DNA from: Felis catus
Taxonomy: Eukaryota
Length of the DNA: 64,000 bases
Assembly (NCBI RefSeq): GCF_018350175.1
Contig: NC_058368.1
Location: forward strand, 139,564,001-139,628,000
Direction: 5' to 3'
Shown: positions 40,683 through 55,798 of the stretch, piece by piece
Numbering within the stretch: position 1 is the stretch's first letter
Layout: each line of letters starts with the position of its first letter
Translations under genes and position numbers: made by a program
The notes under the pieces: generated by a model
Databases searched by the model: none
Seen by the model: only the letters and a program-made list of their open reading frames with translations
Told to the model about the DNA's origin: nothing

Positions 40683-40913
40683 TAATTTTTTTTTTTTCCA
40701 ACGTTTTTTTTTTTTTTTATTTATTTTTGGGACAGAGAGAGACAGAGCATGAACGGGGGAGGGGCAGAGAGAGAGGGAGACACAGAATCGGAAACAGGCT
40801 CCAGGCTCTGAGCCATCAGCCCAGAGCCCGACGCGGGGCTCGAACTCACGGACCGCGAGATCGTGACCTGGTTGAAGTCGGACGCTTAACCGACTGTGCC
40901 ACCCAGGCGCCCC
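40683..40913 (-). mobile_element. Young carnivore SINE
   Basis: TSD aatagatggattttt; most CpGs intact. Confidence 0.95.
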
Positions 40914-41113
40914 AATAGATGGATTTTTAAACCAAGCATATGTGATAGTGATCTAGAGATGAAGTTTAAATTCTGATACAGTAGTTCTGGGATGAAATTC
41001 AGATGTGGATATTTTCAAAGTTTCCTGATAATTTTGGTACACATCACTCCAAATTAAAAATTAATCTAAAGGAGAAAAACTAAAAAGGCATGGAGATCAT
41101 AATAAGAAATCTA

Positions 41114-41228
41114 GGGGTGTTGGCTGGTGCAGTCAGAAGAACGTGCTTCTTTTGATCTTGGGGTCGTGAGTTCAAGCCCCACACTGGGTGTAGAAATTAC
41201 TAAAAATAATAAACTTAAAAAAAAAAAG
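41114..41228 (+). mobile_element. Short older carnivore SINE
   Basis: ggggtgttggctggtgcagtcag...gagttcaagccccac; TSD aagaaatcta. Confidence 0.85.
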
Positions 41229-41236
41229 AAAATCTA

Positions 41237-41485
<249 letters not shown>

Positions 41486-41943
41486 TTAGGTTATCCAAAA
41501 CCATAGCTCATCAAAATGTCCAACAAAATCTTATTAGCACCACTAAATAACACATGCCAAGCTGCATGACATCAGGAATGATTTTCCCTCCTCTTCAGTA
41601 GTAGATGGAACTCAACTGAGATAGAAACCACAGGGGTTTTGCCAGTAGCTGATCATGGCTTGAGAGGGAAGCTTGTAGAAAGTAGCTTCACTTATGTACC
41701 CATTCAGCTCTGTCTCCGCGTTTTAACATCAGGGGGAAAGGAAAACAGCCCCTGCTGCATGTTCACAGCAATGACTACTGCCCTCAAGTAACACAAGGGC
41801 TATAGTGTTCCAAGGAGCCAATCCAATATAAAACAAAATCTAAGAAACGTTATCAAATCAAGTACCAGTGTGTGTCATATGTGTTTGTCACTTTTGTCCC
41901 ACACTGTATATTTAGCTTTATACTATACAACTATACACATTTA

Positions 41944-42270
<327 letters not shown>

Positions 42271-42927
42271 TTATGAACAGTGAATTAACTGCTTTGCAGA
42301 ATATCATCAATGTAATATTTTTAAAATTGTGGATATATATAACAAAAATTTTTGCCATTTAAAGCATTTTTAAGTGTACAATTCAATGACATTACATTCA
42401 CAATATTATGTAAACATCAGCACAATGTCCAAAATTTTTTATCACCCTGAACAGAAACTCTATACTCAGTAAGCAATTAATTCCTTCCCTAGTCCTTGGT
42501 AATGTTCTGCTTTTTAGTATTAAACCTCTGTTTAAAGTGTTCAGAGACTTAAAAGCTAAGATTTTAGTAAGAAGACTGAATCTTTCAACTTTACAGTATG
42601 CCAGGAAACATAAAACACGTTGGAATGATATGGAAATGAGGTCTCTGGAAACTGAGACTATGTACTTTTAAATAAGAGAAAATCTGTGCACTGACTTTCT
42701 TAAGCGTTGAGTTTCATTGGAAAGTAAAATGGTTATCTTTTAAAGATGCTACATTTTATGAAATCGATGAAAGTAGTGTTGAGCAAAGCCAATAATAAAG
42801 GAAAATTGGGCCATGTTTGAACGAATGAATGCAAATCCATAAGGATGATGAGAAGATAAAAATTTACAGAGTGTGGATGACTTAAATATCAGGAGATAAG
42901 TAGCCCTCTTTAAGAAACCAGATTATA

Positions 42928-43147
42928 GGGGCGCCTGGGTGGCTCAGTCGGTTGAGCGCCCGACTTCACCTCAGGTCACGATCTCACGGTTTGTGAGTTC
43001 GAGCCCCGCGTCAGGCTCTGGGCTGATGGCTCAGAGCCTGGAGCCTGCTTCCGATTCTGTGTCTCCCTCTCTCTCTGCCCCTCCCCCATTCATGCTCTGT
43101 CTCTGTCTCAAAAATAAACATTAAAAAATAAAAAATAAAAAATAAAA
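42928..43147 (+). mobile_element. Carnivore SINE
   Basis: TSD ttaagaaaccagattata. Confidence 0.95.
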
Positions 43148-44162
43148 TACTTTAAGAAACCAGATTATAAAAGAAGCCAAATGTAAAGGGCAAGATGTTG
43201 CAGAGCATTATTGAATTTTTTTGAAAAAAATTATGCTAGAACAATCTGTTTATTCAATTATAACTGTAATTTAAATTGTGTTAAATTTAAGAGGTATTAT
43301 TTTAATAGTTTTTAGTTTTATTTTTCAAGTGACCTTAATATAACCTATATAAATTCTTCGCTCCATCTAAGATTTACCAAGTGAAATACTTTCAGCAGAC
43401 TGTTTTCAAAGATCAATTACCTTCAGATTACAAGATTCTTCTGATTCTAAATTACTGGTCATTTCTCTTCATTCCACATTATTGACAATTAATTGATTTT
43501 TTTAACATCTGCTAAGTTTTAGGTGTCACTTAGACTCCCCAAATCTGTATATTAAAGAAGAATCTTCATTGTTACACTTCTTTTTTAATTGAAGCGAAGT
43601 TGACATATAATGTACTTATTATACATTTCTTGAGCAGGTGCCATGTAAAATCAAGCCTAGCTCACTCTCATTACATAGGAGATGCCTCATATGACAGACC
43701 TGAGTTTAAGAAATACATAACAAACCTAAAATATTTTCATATATTCAGCTCAAATTAAAAAGTCATTTAAAGAAAAATAAAGTACCTGTTGAATTATTGT
43801 ATTTCTTATATAACATACAATATCACATTTGATGGATCTTTCCAAAATTATAATTCCTTTATTTTCCTTTCTTTAAAATGAACATGAGTCTCAGGTGTAA
43901 AACACACTGATCTGACAATTTTATACAGTATCCAGTGCTCACCACAATATGTGTAGTCACCATCTGTTACCATGACGCTATTACAGTATTATTAGCTACA
44001 TTCCCCATGCTGACTTACTTTTTTTATAACTGGAAGTTTGTTCCTCTTAATTGCCTTCATTTATTTTGCCCATCCTCCCAACCCCTTTTATTATCCTTTA
44101 TACAATATATTATTTGGCAATTTTCAGGGAACAGAGTAGAATCAGGTAAGGGAAATATTTAA

Positions 44163-44862
44163 TTTTTTTTAAAGTTTGAGAAAGAAAGAGAGGGAAGGAG
44201 AATAAGCAGGGGAGGGGCAGAAACAGAGAGGGGAGCAAGAGAGAAACCCAAGCAGGCTCCACACTGTTAGCACAGAACCTGATGTGGGGCTATATCTCAT
44301 GTACTGTGCGATCATGACCTGAGCTGAAACCAAAGTCGGATGCTTAACTGACAAGACAGAGCCACCCAGGAGCCCCTAATTCTTAAAATTTAAATACCTA
44401 GGATAGCACAGGAAGAAATGAAATGAATGTGAAATGAAAGCAATATGAAAGTGAACCAATTTAGGACAATGTTTCTGTGTGCTCTGGTATATGACCAACT
44501 TCTTAATAGTTATGCATGGCAATTTTCCTTTGCTTTTAGATGATCTACTTACATGACTTTCTTATCAATCTTAACATACATTAATAACATAATTTCCATT
44601 CCACTTAACATTGTTGCCAGAGGAAACTATGATTCACTGTTTTAAATGTTTACTTATTTATTTAGAGAGAAAGATTTACTTATTTAGAGAGAGTGTGTGT
44701 GTGCTCATCAGCAGGGGAGGGGCAGAGACAGAATCCCAAGCAGGTTCTGTGGTGCCAGTGTGAAGCCTGACATGGGGCTTGAACCCACAAACTGTGAGAA
44801 CATGACCTGAGCCCAAATGAAGACTCAGAAGCTTATTAACCACTGAGCCACCCAGGCACTCC
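44163..44862 (-). mobile_element. Two reverse SINEs (44163-44376; 44641-44862)
   Basis: SINE bodies; the second has TSD ctatgattc. Confidence 0.9.
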
Positions 44863-45205
44863 TATGATTCTCTTTTGTAGGTGGTAACTATGACTTCTCT
44901 CCTATAAAGACTAGATGCTAGAAAAATATTTCCTTGGGTTTCAGTATTTTCTTTTCTAAACTTTAAGTGCACATAACTAACTGGAGATCTTTATCAAACA
45001 CACTGTTCCTGGGTTATTTCTCAGGTTGTCTCGGGTTCTGCTTTAAAGGAGCTGATATCCTTTCAAATATGTGACATTCATGCATCATTAATAAAGTCTG
45101 TGGATCTTTTATGGCATTTAACTTCCTGCCAAATTTTACTCGAGAGAATTTCTATGTCTCAGTTTGAATTAGGGTGAAATCCTTTTGGGATGAAGAGATC
45201 TTTAC

Positions 45206-45276
45206 CTTGTGCGTTTGATAAATGATGATTGCATTATCAGCTAATGTTTCCACCACATGAAAGTTTTCTATAGTTG
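45206..45276 (-). CDS. CERT1: CERT1 exon 14
   Basis: 71 nt; [23 protein letters not shown]. Confidence 0.97.
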
Positions 45277-45720
45277 CTGAAATGAAGAGAAAATATTAGT
45301 AGCCAAAAAGATACATTGCCTCTTTCTAGAATGTGATTAACTCATTTATACTGATGCACATTGTAGTAACATGAGCAGGATTCTGGCCTATGTAGGCTGT
45401 CTAAATGGAAGGTGGTTAAGACTTAATAGTAGGGCTACAGGGGCCATGACACCTGATCATAAGGAAATCTCATTTTCTTTGGCTCAATCTCTAGCTTCCA
45501 CATCAAGAAAGCAATTCTACTCACATGTATTAATTACTCAGATGCAAATTCCTATCTAATACTATGACACTTTCCTATAATTCCTAATTTATTGAAGCTG
45601 AAGAAACTGTCCTAAGCTTAGTTGGTTATATTTGTGAAAAAAGAATGTTGAACTGTCATAGATAAACATCTTATGATGTTCAAAACTATCTCTATTTATG
45701 AAATTTGGTGACTAAGAGGC

Positions 45721-45739
45721 GTGCGTGCACACACGCATG

Positions 45740-45768
<29 letters not shown>
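45721..45768. repeat. (CA)n microsatellite
   Basis: Seen directly. Confidence 0.95.
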
Positions 45769-45770
<2 letters not shown>

Positions 45771-46133
45771 CAAGAATAACTCTCAACAGACCACAGCAGG
45801 TTTTATCCAGGGTTTACAAGGGACACAAAACAATCTGGAAAAGCAGATGATAAAACAGAAAGCTTTAATTTTAGTCCCAGTCTTTCCACTAACTAGGCTC
45901 TGTAGCTTCTGACAAGTCACTTAACCTTTTTTTTTTTTTTTTTTTACCTACCTATCATGCAGGATTATTGAAATACTGGATCAAATGCTATAATATAGCA
46001 AGAAGCATTCTGTACAGCAAAATGCTCCATTTAAATGCAACTTAAAAAAAAAAAGTAAATGCAAGCTATTGTCAGATTCTCCAGGTATTTTCTACAATGA
46101 CTTTGTAAACTGTATATGAGATGCAAAAAACTA

Positions 46134-46328
<195 letters not shown>

Positions 46329-47285
46329 CTAAAGAGGATATATTTAAAAACCTGTTTAAAAAATAAGAATTAAACCCCTAAAGTACAAACCTGAAAGCAG
46401 GTTTTTAAATTTAGCTGCTTTTTAGAATCTTATTTATGAAAATCTATATATGGAATATAAATATTCTGCTAAAAGAAAATCTTAAATTTCAAATTATTAA
46501 CACAGACAACACATAAAAAACACTTAAAACTACAAATCTGAGGTAAAATTCAATTATGAAAAACAAGCACACGCAATGAACACCTAATTACAGGAGTTGT
46601 TCAACTAAGCCTGGTTTAGAATATCACCTCCTTAAGGATACCAATGCACAGCAGTTTTGTTCAATGCCTCAGACCCAGCATCTAAAATAGTATCTGAAAC
46701 ACAGTAGGCTCTCAATTATTTGTTGAATCAATGACTGAAAGCTAAAATGACACGAAGATCTATGCTATCTTGCTTTAAATACTGAAGTTGTGTACCTAAA
46801 CTGCTAAGTAAAATTAATTATTTCAAAGTTATAGGTTACTTCAGAAAGTTTTACAAGAAGTTAATTTCATCAACACGAAATGAATAATGTTATTATAAGA
46901 ACTAGCTCTCAATTTATGGAGTGCTTTATGGGTCCAGATACTGTTAGGCATTTCACATACAGTTTCTTTTTTAAAATGTCCTTCACCAAACTACTTTCTC
47001 CTATATGCTCATTTATTCATGTTATTGGGACTGCTATTTTCCAGTCACCTGAACTGGAAAGTTTAGACTTTTAACTCGTCCCCTCACATTTCACATAGCT
47101 ATTAAGCTCATTACTCATCGTGTAGGAGATTCTTGACTCTTCTACTATTCAACAGCTTGACTTTTCTACTATTGGTTACTTCTTTTAGCTGGCTTTCATC
47201 ACTATGTACCTGACCCTCTCAAGTGGTATACTTGGTCTCTGGTTTCTTCCTTATGAGCTTAATCTTCCTAAAATGTTACTTTGTA

Positions 47286-47511
47286 GGGGCGCCTGGGTGG
47301 CTCAGTCGGTTGAGCGTCCGACTTCGGCTCAGGTCATGATCTCACGGTCCGTGAGTTCGAGCCCTGCATCGGGCTCTGTGCTGACGGCTCAGAGCCTGGA
47401 GCCTGTTTCAGATTCTGTGTCTCCCTCTCTCTCTGCCCCTCCCCTGTTCATGCTCTGTCTCTCTCTGTCTCAAAAATAAATAAATGTTAAAAAAAAAAAT
47501 TAAAAAAAAAA
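47286..47511 (+). mobile_element. Carnivore SINE
   Basis: TSD aaatgttactttgta. Confidence 0.95.
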
Positions 47512-47906
47512 TTAAATGTTACTTTGTATACAGTGGCTAACCTACTGCTACAGACAATAGACTACTCTCTCGTCGGGCTATTTCACACTATCCACAATGC
47601 AGTCACTCTCTTTCTGATGTGGGCTGTAGGAACACTTATTCTCTCTATTCTTCATTCTTCATGGAGGGACTTCATCTAGACTATCAGGTTCTGGTTTCTC
47701 TGCACCCCTTCACTTTCTCCTCCCAAGGGGGGAAAGAATGTCCTAAGTGAATGTCGAGTACAGAATAAGGACTGGTAGGCTTGGCTCACCCCTTCCTCTA
47801 CAGAGAATATGTATCCTGGTTTTCTTTTGGGGCTTACTCTTGGGGGAAGGCCTGTGATTATCTAGTTATATCAGAAACATTATGCTCAAGTCTGGGGTAA
47901 CAGATT

Positions 47907-48104
47907 ATTTTTTTTAATGTTTATTTTTGAGAGAGACAGAGTGCAAATGCCAGGAGCAGAGAGAGACACACACAGAATCCAAAGCAGGCTCCAGGCTCTG
48001 AGCTATCAGCATGGAGACCTACACGGGGTTCAAACCAACAAACCACGAGATCATGACCTGAGCCAAAGTCGGACACTCAACAGACTGAACCACCCAGGTA
48101 CCCC
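47907..48104 (-). mobile_element. Carnivore SINE
   Basis: Reverse SINE body and T tail. Confidence 0.9.
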
Positions 48105-49027
48105 TCAGCTTACTAGATTTATAGCTAACATTTTGTTATCTCAATTGCTTGTCTCTTTTTTTCTTCTTAATCAGTCCTCTATTCAGGAGGAAAAGAAATT
48201 CCAATATATTTAATATTGTATCTCTATTGCTAGAATAATTCTGGTCAATACAGTCTATTCAAAACTCCTGAATAAGAAGTTTGTCTTCAAGATTTTGCTT
48301 GTGTTGTATTTTGTCTAAAAGACCCTTGCCTCATCTTTGTCGCAACTTTGCTTCCATTTCTAGACATAGTTCAAATGCTTCTCCTCAGTGTAAAACATTC
48401 TAGCTGCTTCAAATCAGAGAACTCTTTCTTTTCCAATTTTCTTCACTACTCATCTGTGCTCTTCTTCAATACATTATCAGAAAGAGACAAGTAATAGTAT
48501 CTTTAAAAGTCAATATCCTCCTTCCCCAATGAAAGTTTCAGGTTGGAAAAGTCTTATTAAACATCTCTTTATCTTTAGCATGGCCTTGGGCACGAGGTAA
48601 TCCAAAATTCAATGCAGCTGCTGTTTAGAATCCATCTCTAAATCTTGTTCTTGCTCTATTCTCTGTCTCTGGTGTTTAAGGATATGAACAAGATTAGCAG
48701 ACCCATCTCCAAATACTGAAAGAAGATGCAGTGAGAGAAAGGACTAGAAGTATATACCAAAAAGGGGAACAAAGTGATCTGGGTACATCATTTAATATAT
48801 TAAAAAATAAATTAAGAGAAATATCCAAATAGAGAGCCATCAGCTAGTTATGATTTGCTCATATCTAAAACCCCAAATTTATTTTCTCCATGGCCCAGGC
48901 AAAACAGAATGGGTTGCACATTTCTTTGATCATATGTAACAATCTGTTTAAAAGGAATTTTACAATGCTATCCTCTTTCACATCACTGGGCAGTAATGAT
49001 ACTATGACTGTAACACAGCTGTATTTA

Positions 49028-49201
<174 letters not shown>

Positions 49202-49909
49202 TCATCATCTCTAAAAGAGAACGGTATTCAGTTTATTTCAGTTTAGAAATGATGTTTTTAGAAAGCTGAGCAACCAAATGCACAAAGGTTAGTAGATTTT
49301 ATACAGCGTTGAAGAGTTTAGTCCACATTCCAGATATCATATCCAGGTTAATGACAGGAGGGAGAAATGCAGAGAAGGAAGACGTTTCACTCATATAACA
49401 TATATTGGCCTAATGTGCAGCAAGTCAGCAAAAATAAGCATTTTCTGGAAAAAAAAAGTTCCTTCCTTCACTAGAAAACGTTTTCTTACAGAAATAATTA
49501 TTTAACACATAAAATCATAGGACACTAAGGGTAAAAGGGGCACAAAGAGACAATCTAGTCCAGTGCTTTTATGTTTAAGACTACACAGTTAACAGTTTGT
49601 TATATGTATGGCAAGATTTCGCTAGAAAATGATAAAAAAAAAACCTTCTATTACTTCACTGATAAACTTCACTTCACTTTTACTATGAATGAAAAATAAC
49701 CAATCCCCTACTTACTTGACTCCAATTTCATTGTTTTGCATTCTTTTAGGGAAAATGCTAATAATCACATATGCAGATATTTATAAATAATCAATTTTTA
49801 GTGTCTTCTTTTAAATTACTGTCTTTTTCCTGAAATTTAAATAAAACCTCTGCTTTTAACTATCACCAGTTACTCCTCCACATCTTACATAAACTTTAAA
49901 TAAAACTGA

Positions 49910-50150
49910 GGGGCGCCTGGGTGGCGCAGTCGGTTAAGCGTCCGACTTCAGCCAGGTCACGATCTCGCGGTCCGTGAGTTCGAGCCCCGCATCAGGCTCT
50001 GGGCTGATGGCTCAGAGCCTGGAGCCTGTTTCTGATTCTGTGTCTCCCTCTCTCTCTGCCCCTCCCCCCTTCATGCTCTGTCTCTCTCTGTCCCAAAAAT
50101 AAATAAACGTTGAAAAAAAAAAATTAAAAAAAAAAATAATAAATAAATAA
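49910..50150 (+). mobile_element. Young carnivore SINE
   Basis: TSD aaataaaactgag. Confidence 0.95.
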
Positions 50151-52125
50151 ATAAAACTGAGTATTTCACACTCCCAGAATCCACAATCATTTATTGGTAA
50201 GATTTCATGTGAGTGCTATTTGCAAACTCTCCTAGTTTGAAACATGTTTTGAAACAGAAGTGAAGTGATAAAAAGATGGTTTCTGAAGGAGCTGCTTTAT
50301 CCATCTACAGAGACGGTTTCTCTAAGCTCCATTTTCTAACCTTTTACTCATAATTTTGTTTTATATAATAAGTACATTAGAGAAGGCATGAAAAGAGTTG
50401 GAAATATGTATATTATACTTCCACTTAATTTATTCCTAAGTTTAACTACTTATTTTACATGAAGTCTACTGTGGTCATTAGGGATACAGACAAGAACCAG
50501 GTTTATTTTTTGAAATAAATATATTAATGATTTGGGGGCAAAAATTCCTAAAATTATTAACTCTGAAGGTATAATTTTTCTACACAGAAAGATGTTACCA
50601 ATATGTTACAGTGACATATACTTTTACTACATAAAGTTTTCTCGATTTCAGAATGCATTTTTGCTACTAAAAGTAGGTATGACTTTTAAGTGTCATTGGT
50701 AATAATCATAAAAGTTTTTGATAAAGATTTTATACACAGGTTCTACAATCTATTTTTGTACTAAATGAACACGAACATAACATTTATGTCTTAAAAAATT
50801 TTTTTTTAACATTCTATATCTTTACATATTATCTTCCAAACAATGTGAATAGCACTGGGCTACAGACTTGAAAGAAATTGAAAAAATGTAACTAATAGTA
50901 TATTCTGTAGTTTTAAAAAGGTTCCATTAGAAAACATAACTCCAGGGGCTGCATGGAAAAAATTATGTGCCTCCAAAAATGTGAAATCTGCTCTGAGACA
51001 GTAACGAGGACTAATGCACGGTTCCAAATTATGAGGACATACAAAATTTAACTGAATTCCCAAAGAGGAAGGAACAAAGAAAGTTCCAATTAGTAGGCAT
51101 AAACAAACAACCACCATAGCACTGGCTTGATTCATTTGTCTGTATTACATCGTGATTGGGAAAAATTCTTACCCTTTTTAGATCCAAAGATATTAAAAAT
51201 CTTTAGATATGAAATATGTACTTTGTAGATGGGAGGGACACTAAGAGTTGAGAACACCTATATTTATTATGAGATTAAAGGCAGAAAAAAATTTCTTCCC
51301 AGAAATAAGACCTACTTCAAATAGACTACTTAGGAAAGAAGAATGAAAGGATTTTACTCTGTTAAGAGTTCTACTTAAAAAAAAAATTTAGTACCATGTA
51401 AGCTTTTGTTGGAAAGTACACAGGTAACTGTGTTTTTGTTTGGGCGATAATTCTGACAAATTACTTCAAATGTTGGAATAATGTTTTTGTGTTTTGGTCC
51501 CCCCAAAACTAGATTCCACAAATATAAATTGACAGCTGGTAACATAAGTTAAAACAATGTACAGTAAGCACATTTAACATTGTCTTTCTAGATAGGTGAA
51601 AAAATGGTATTCCTATCCTAGTTACCACTGCATCTATGGAAAAGTGTTCAGTCTTTTGTTCTTATACACTTACTAGACTTAAGAGGGCAAGAAATAAACA
51701 AGATGAATTTAGTGCTGTGCTTCTTTCTAGGAGATGAAAGAAATTGAAGTACCCAATTATTGTAGTAACCATCTCTGCAAAGCTTTTATCATCGAATCTT
51801 TATCCATATGGCATCTTCCTTGAGGTAACAACACTGAGATTAAGAAGAGAGGTGATACAGGTAAAATCTCACTCTAAAGAATTTCATGTTTACTGTAATG
51901 AAATATGAAGTAGTAAATGTTACTACTGGGGCAATGACTCAGGCATTTGTGTCCACACTGACAGTTCCAATCTAACCTAATGATCTGTTTACTGTTTTCA
52001 GTTATGACTGCACATCCAAAGTGATTGGAAAACATTAAGTTGGGAGGACAAGGATAAATACAAGCAAAATTTACCATTTTATTAGGCTCAAAATTCGATA
52101 TACTAGGAAATAATATTAAAAAAAT

Positions 52126-52337
52126 TTTTTTTAATGTTTATTTATTTTTGAGACAGAGAGAGACAGAGCATGAACGGGGGAGGGTCAGAGAGAGAGAGGG
52201 AGACACAGAATCTGAAACAGGCTCCAGGCTCTGAGCTGTCAGCACAGAGCCCGATGCGGGGCTCGAACTCACGGACCGCGAGATTGTGACCTGAGCCGAA
52301 GTTGGCGGCTTAACCGACTGAGCCACCCAGGTGCCCC
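52126..52337 (-). mobile_element. Carnivore SINE
   Basis: Reverse SINE flanked by tacta(g/t)gaaataatatta duplication. Confidence 0.93.
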
Positions 52338-53205
52338 TACTATGAAATAATATTACTAGTAACATCTGCCATCACTTTAAAAGACTGGATCAAAATCATT
52401 GAAGCAGGTTTCATCTGCTCTAATAGCATTCACTAGTTTTAATTAGATAGTATAATTTCAGGAATCATGCCCTTGATTTTTTTTGGACCTAGAGTCGAAA
52501 ATGATGAGATGACATACAAAATATCTTCATAGCAAATGAACTATGAAAAATGGAGATGAAACACATTTTAAATAAGAGATGATGGCACTCCAATTCCAGC
52601 CTTTTCTTTCACTTCCCATTTGAGACACTCTGTATGCTATTTGAGGAAACTAAATGGATTTTTCTAACATTATCAGTACAGAAATTTTAAAAGAAAACTG
52701 CCTTTTGATGACAAAACAAAAACTGCTCTTTGATGTAATGATCAAAACTCTAATGAACAAGACTCTAGAAGGGCTCAAAGACTGCTCCAATCTCTTTCTC
52801 TTACCCATGTGGAAGGAATACAACTATGCTTATTGTTACAATCATAGAGGGATTTGTTGGATAGAATGATTTATTAATAACAAATTAACAGTGCACTATT
52901 AACGCAAAGGAAAAATGGACAAGGACATAAATTGTCAGTTCAATGAAGAAATGCAAAAGGCCAAGAAACAAAACTTTTAGTCTATCAGACTGGCAAAAAG
53001 TAACTGAATTATAATATTCAGTGTCAACATAACAAAAGAAAATTGACCTGGGAGTGTCAATGGTTCCACTTGTTTTAATGAACAGTTTGGCAATAAAAAT
53101 TAACAAAAAAAACCAACAAAAACTTAGACACGTGTATGGCTTTTGTCCTAACAATTCTACTTCTAGGAATGTATCCTAAGGAAATAACTGGATAAGTGTA
53201 CAAAG

Positions 53206-53207
<2 letters not shown>

Positions 53208-53257
<50 letters not shown>
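53208..53257. repeat. (CA)n microsatellite within a degenerate L1 fragment
   Basis: Seen directly; flanked by caattctacttctaggaatgtatcctaaggaaataa. Confidence 0.9.
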
Positions 53258-53259
<2 letters not shown>

Positions 53260-54282
53260 GGATGGTGTATTTAACAGGATGCTCCTGTAACACTATTTAC
53301 AATACAGCCAAACTGAAAACAGGCTCAATGTTCAATATTAGATGAGTAGGCAAATCCAGTACGCACATCTGTACAACAGAAAAGGAGATAAAGATCCATA
53401 TTTACCAGTGAGAAGATGGGCTTAATTATATGTTTAAAAAAAAAAAAAAACACTGGTCACAAAATAGTATGTACTGAATTACTTTGGTAGGAAGACAATT
53501 ATTAAAGTCTGTGTACTTAATCAATATGTGACTGATTTTCTATATACATGGAAAAAGGATATGCATGAGAATATTAACAGTGATCTAATATTTTAATTTT
53601 ATTTACTCTATTTTCTAGTTCTGCTAAAATTAACATGTAGTATTATACAATAAACAGGGAGGGGGTTAAATAATTAATTACCACAATAATAAAGTGTCGT
53701 TGTGGACATAAAGGGGGGAAAGAGCTTTATACAGAACCGTGGTTGCAATAATGTCCACTAATGATTAACCTGATGTATTGCCCACCTTTTGATATATTTT
53801 TTTCCGAATAAAGATTTTTTTAATTTTTGCTTTTTAATTTTTGAGGTGACATCAATAGTTGCTGTGATATGCAAATAAATGTGATCCAAAAGATCAACTT
53901 ATAAATTCAGGTTCTTTCTACTTTCTGTACAGTGTAAGAACTACTTCTTTCTCCAAATCTGCCAATTAGATAGACTCGTGTGTTGCTACTAATTTCCTAG
54001 GAGATTCACATATTTTATTTGAAGTTATTTTCAGGACATCTCTCAGTTCTATGTTTAATTATTCTACTCAATCAGGAGCATGAATATAACTTCATCAAGA
54101 ACAAAGTAGTCATAAGCCTAGATTTGTACACACACGGCAAAGCCAAATTAATAGTTAAGGGCCAGAGCCCAAATCTGCTAATGACAACAGATACTTTAGC
54201 AAGGACCATAAATACTTGAAGACCTCAAAGTCATTATTCTTCAATTTTGCCTCTTTTGGCATATAGAACGGTGGTGTGATAA

Positions 54283-54532
54283 GGGGGACCTGGGTGTCTC
54301 AGTCAGTTAAGCGTCCAGCTCTCGATTTCTGCTCAGGTCCTGATCTCACTCACAGTCCTGAGATCAAGCCCCACATTGGGCTCTGTGCTGGGCGTGGGGC
54401 CTGGTTAAGATTCTTTCTCTCCTTTTCTCTCTGCCCCTACCCTGTTTGTGCATGGGAGCATGTGCTTGCTTGCTTGCTTGCTTTCTAAATACATAAATAA
54501 GTAAAATGGTACAATAATCAAAAGCTAAAAAA
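54283..54532 (+). mobile_element. Older carnivore SINE
   Basis: ggggacctgggtgtctcagtcagttaagcg... Confidence 0.85.
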
Positions 54533-55252
54533 AGATTATAAACAATCACAAGCATCACCTATTAAAAAAATTCCACCAGAAGATCTTTCTCAACTTATAT
54601 ACATGAGTTACACAAAATATAAAGAAGTATGCTACAATGTGGCAAAGTCTTGTAAAAACATGGGCACCTGCGTCTCAGTAATATATTCATCTGTACGTGA
54701 AGAATTTCAGCTGTTTTATAGCTCTACAGCTTGGGTCGGAGGTCTGCATTCTGAGGCCTTAATTCTTAGGCACCTATCAGTAGCTTAACACTCATTTATC
54801 GCTCTCATTATGTTTTCATTCATAGCTTGTGTATTCCTATATTTTAAGGAAAAATGGTGACTGGTACTGATGAGCTTAGTCTCTTACTCTATTACTTTAA
54901 TGCAAGGTGGAGCTTAGCAGAATAAACCAAAGCCTCCCAGTATTATCTAGTTTTGTCACGGATTTATTGCAAATATGATATGCCTTTAAAAAGCTTGCAC
55001 AAATGGATGAACATGATTAAGAAATATTAGAATAAGTTTGGTTCTAGGTGATTTCTGAAGCAGAACTGATACATCTCTCTCTCAAACATGTTCAAGGAGA
55101 AAAAGGCTGCAAAAGTCAAAGAATATATTTTGAGTCTTAAACTTAATTTTCCTCTTTCCTGCAGAGTTAAAAACAAATGTCAATTTTATTCATATGTATA
55201 AACTAAGAAATCTGTTTTAAATTAGGACTTTTAAAAAACTTTTACTGGAAGG

Positions 55253-55798
55253 CAATTGACCCTGGAACATCACAGGTTTGAATTGCGCAGGCCCACTTGA
55301 ATGCAAATTTGTTTCAGTAAATAAAGTACAGGACTGCAAATGTATTTTCTCTTCCCTACAATTTTCTTTTTTTTTTTTAGAAGTTTCACACTTTTCAACG
55401 TTTATTTATTTTTGGAACAGAGAGAGACAGAGCATGAACGGGGGAGGGGCAGAGAGAGAGGGAGACACAGAATCTGAAACAGGCTCCAGGCTCTGAGCCA
55501 TCAGCCCAGAGCCTGACGCGGGGCTCGAACTCACAGACCGCGAGATCGTGACCTGGCTGAAGTCGGACGCTTAACCGACCGCGCCACCCAGGCGCCCCCC
55601 TACAATTTTCTTAATAACAAATACAGTATATATGTAACATAAAAGTATATTTTAATCAGCGATTTATGTTCTCCTTAAGGCTTCTGATTAACAGTAGGCT
55701 GTGAGTAGTTAAGTTTTTGGGGAGTCAAAAGTTATATGTGGATTTTTGACCGAGGGGAGGTCAGTGCCCCAATCTCAACGTTGTTCAAGGGTCAACTG
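55253..55798. mobile_element. Tigger2-like (TcMar) non-autonomous DNA transposon interrupted by a young reverse SINE (55369-55597)
   Basis: TIRs caattgaccctggaaca / tgttcaagggtcaactg+TA; nested SINE TSD ccctacaattttctt. Confidence 0.85.
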
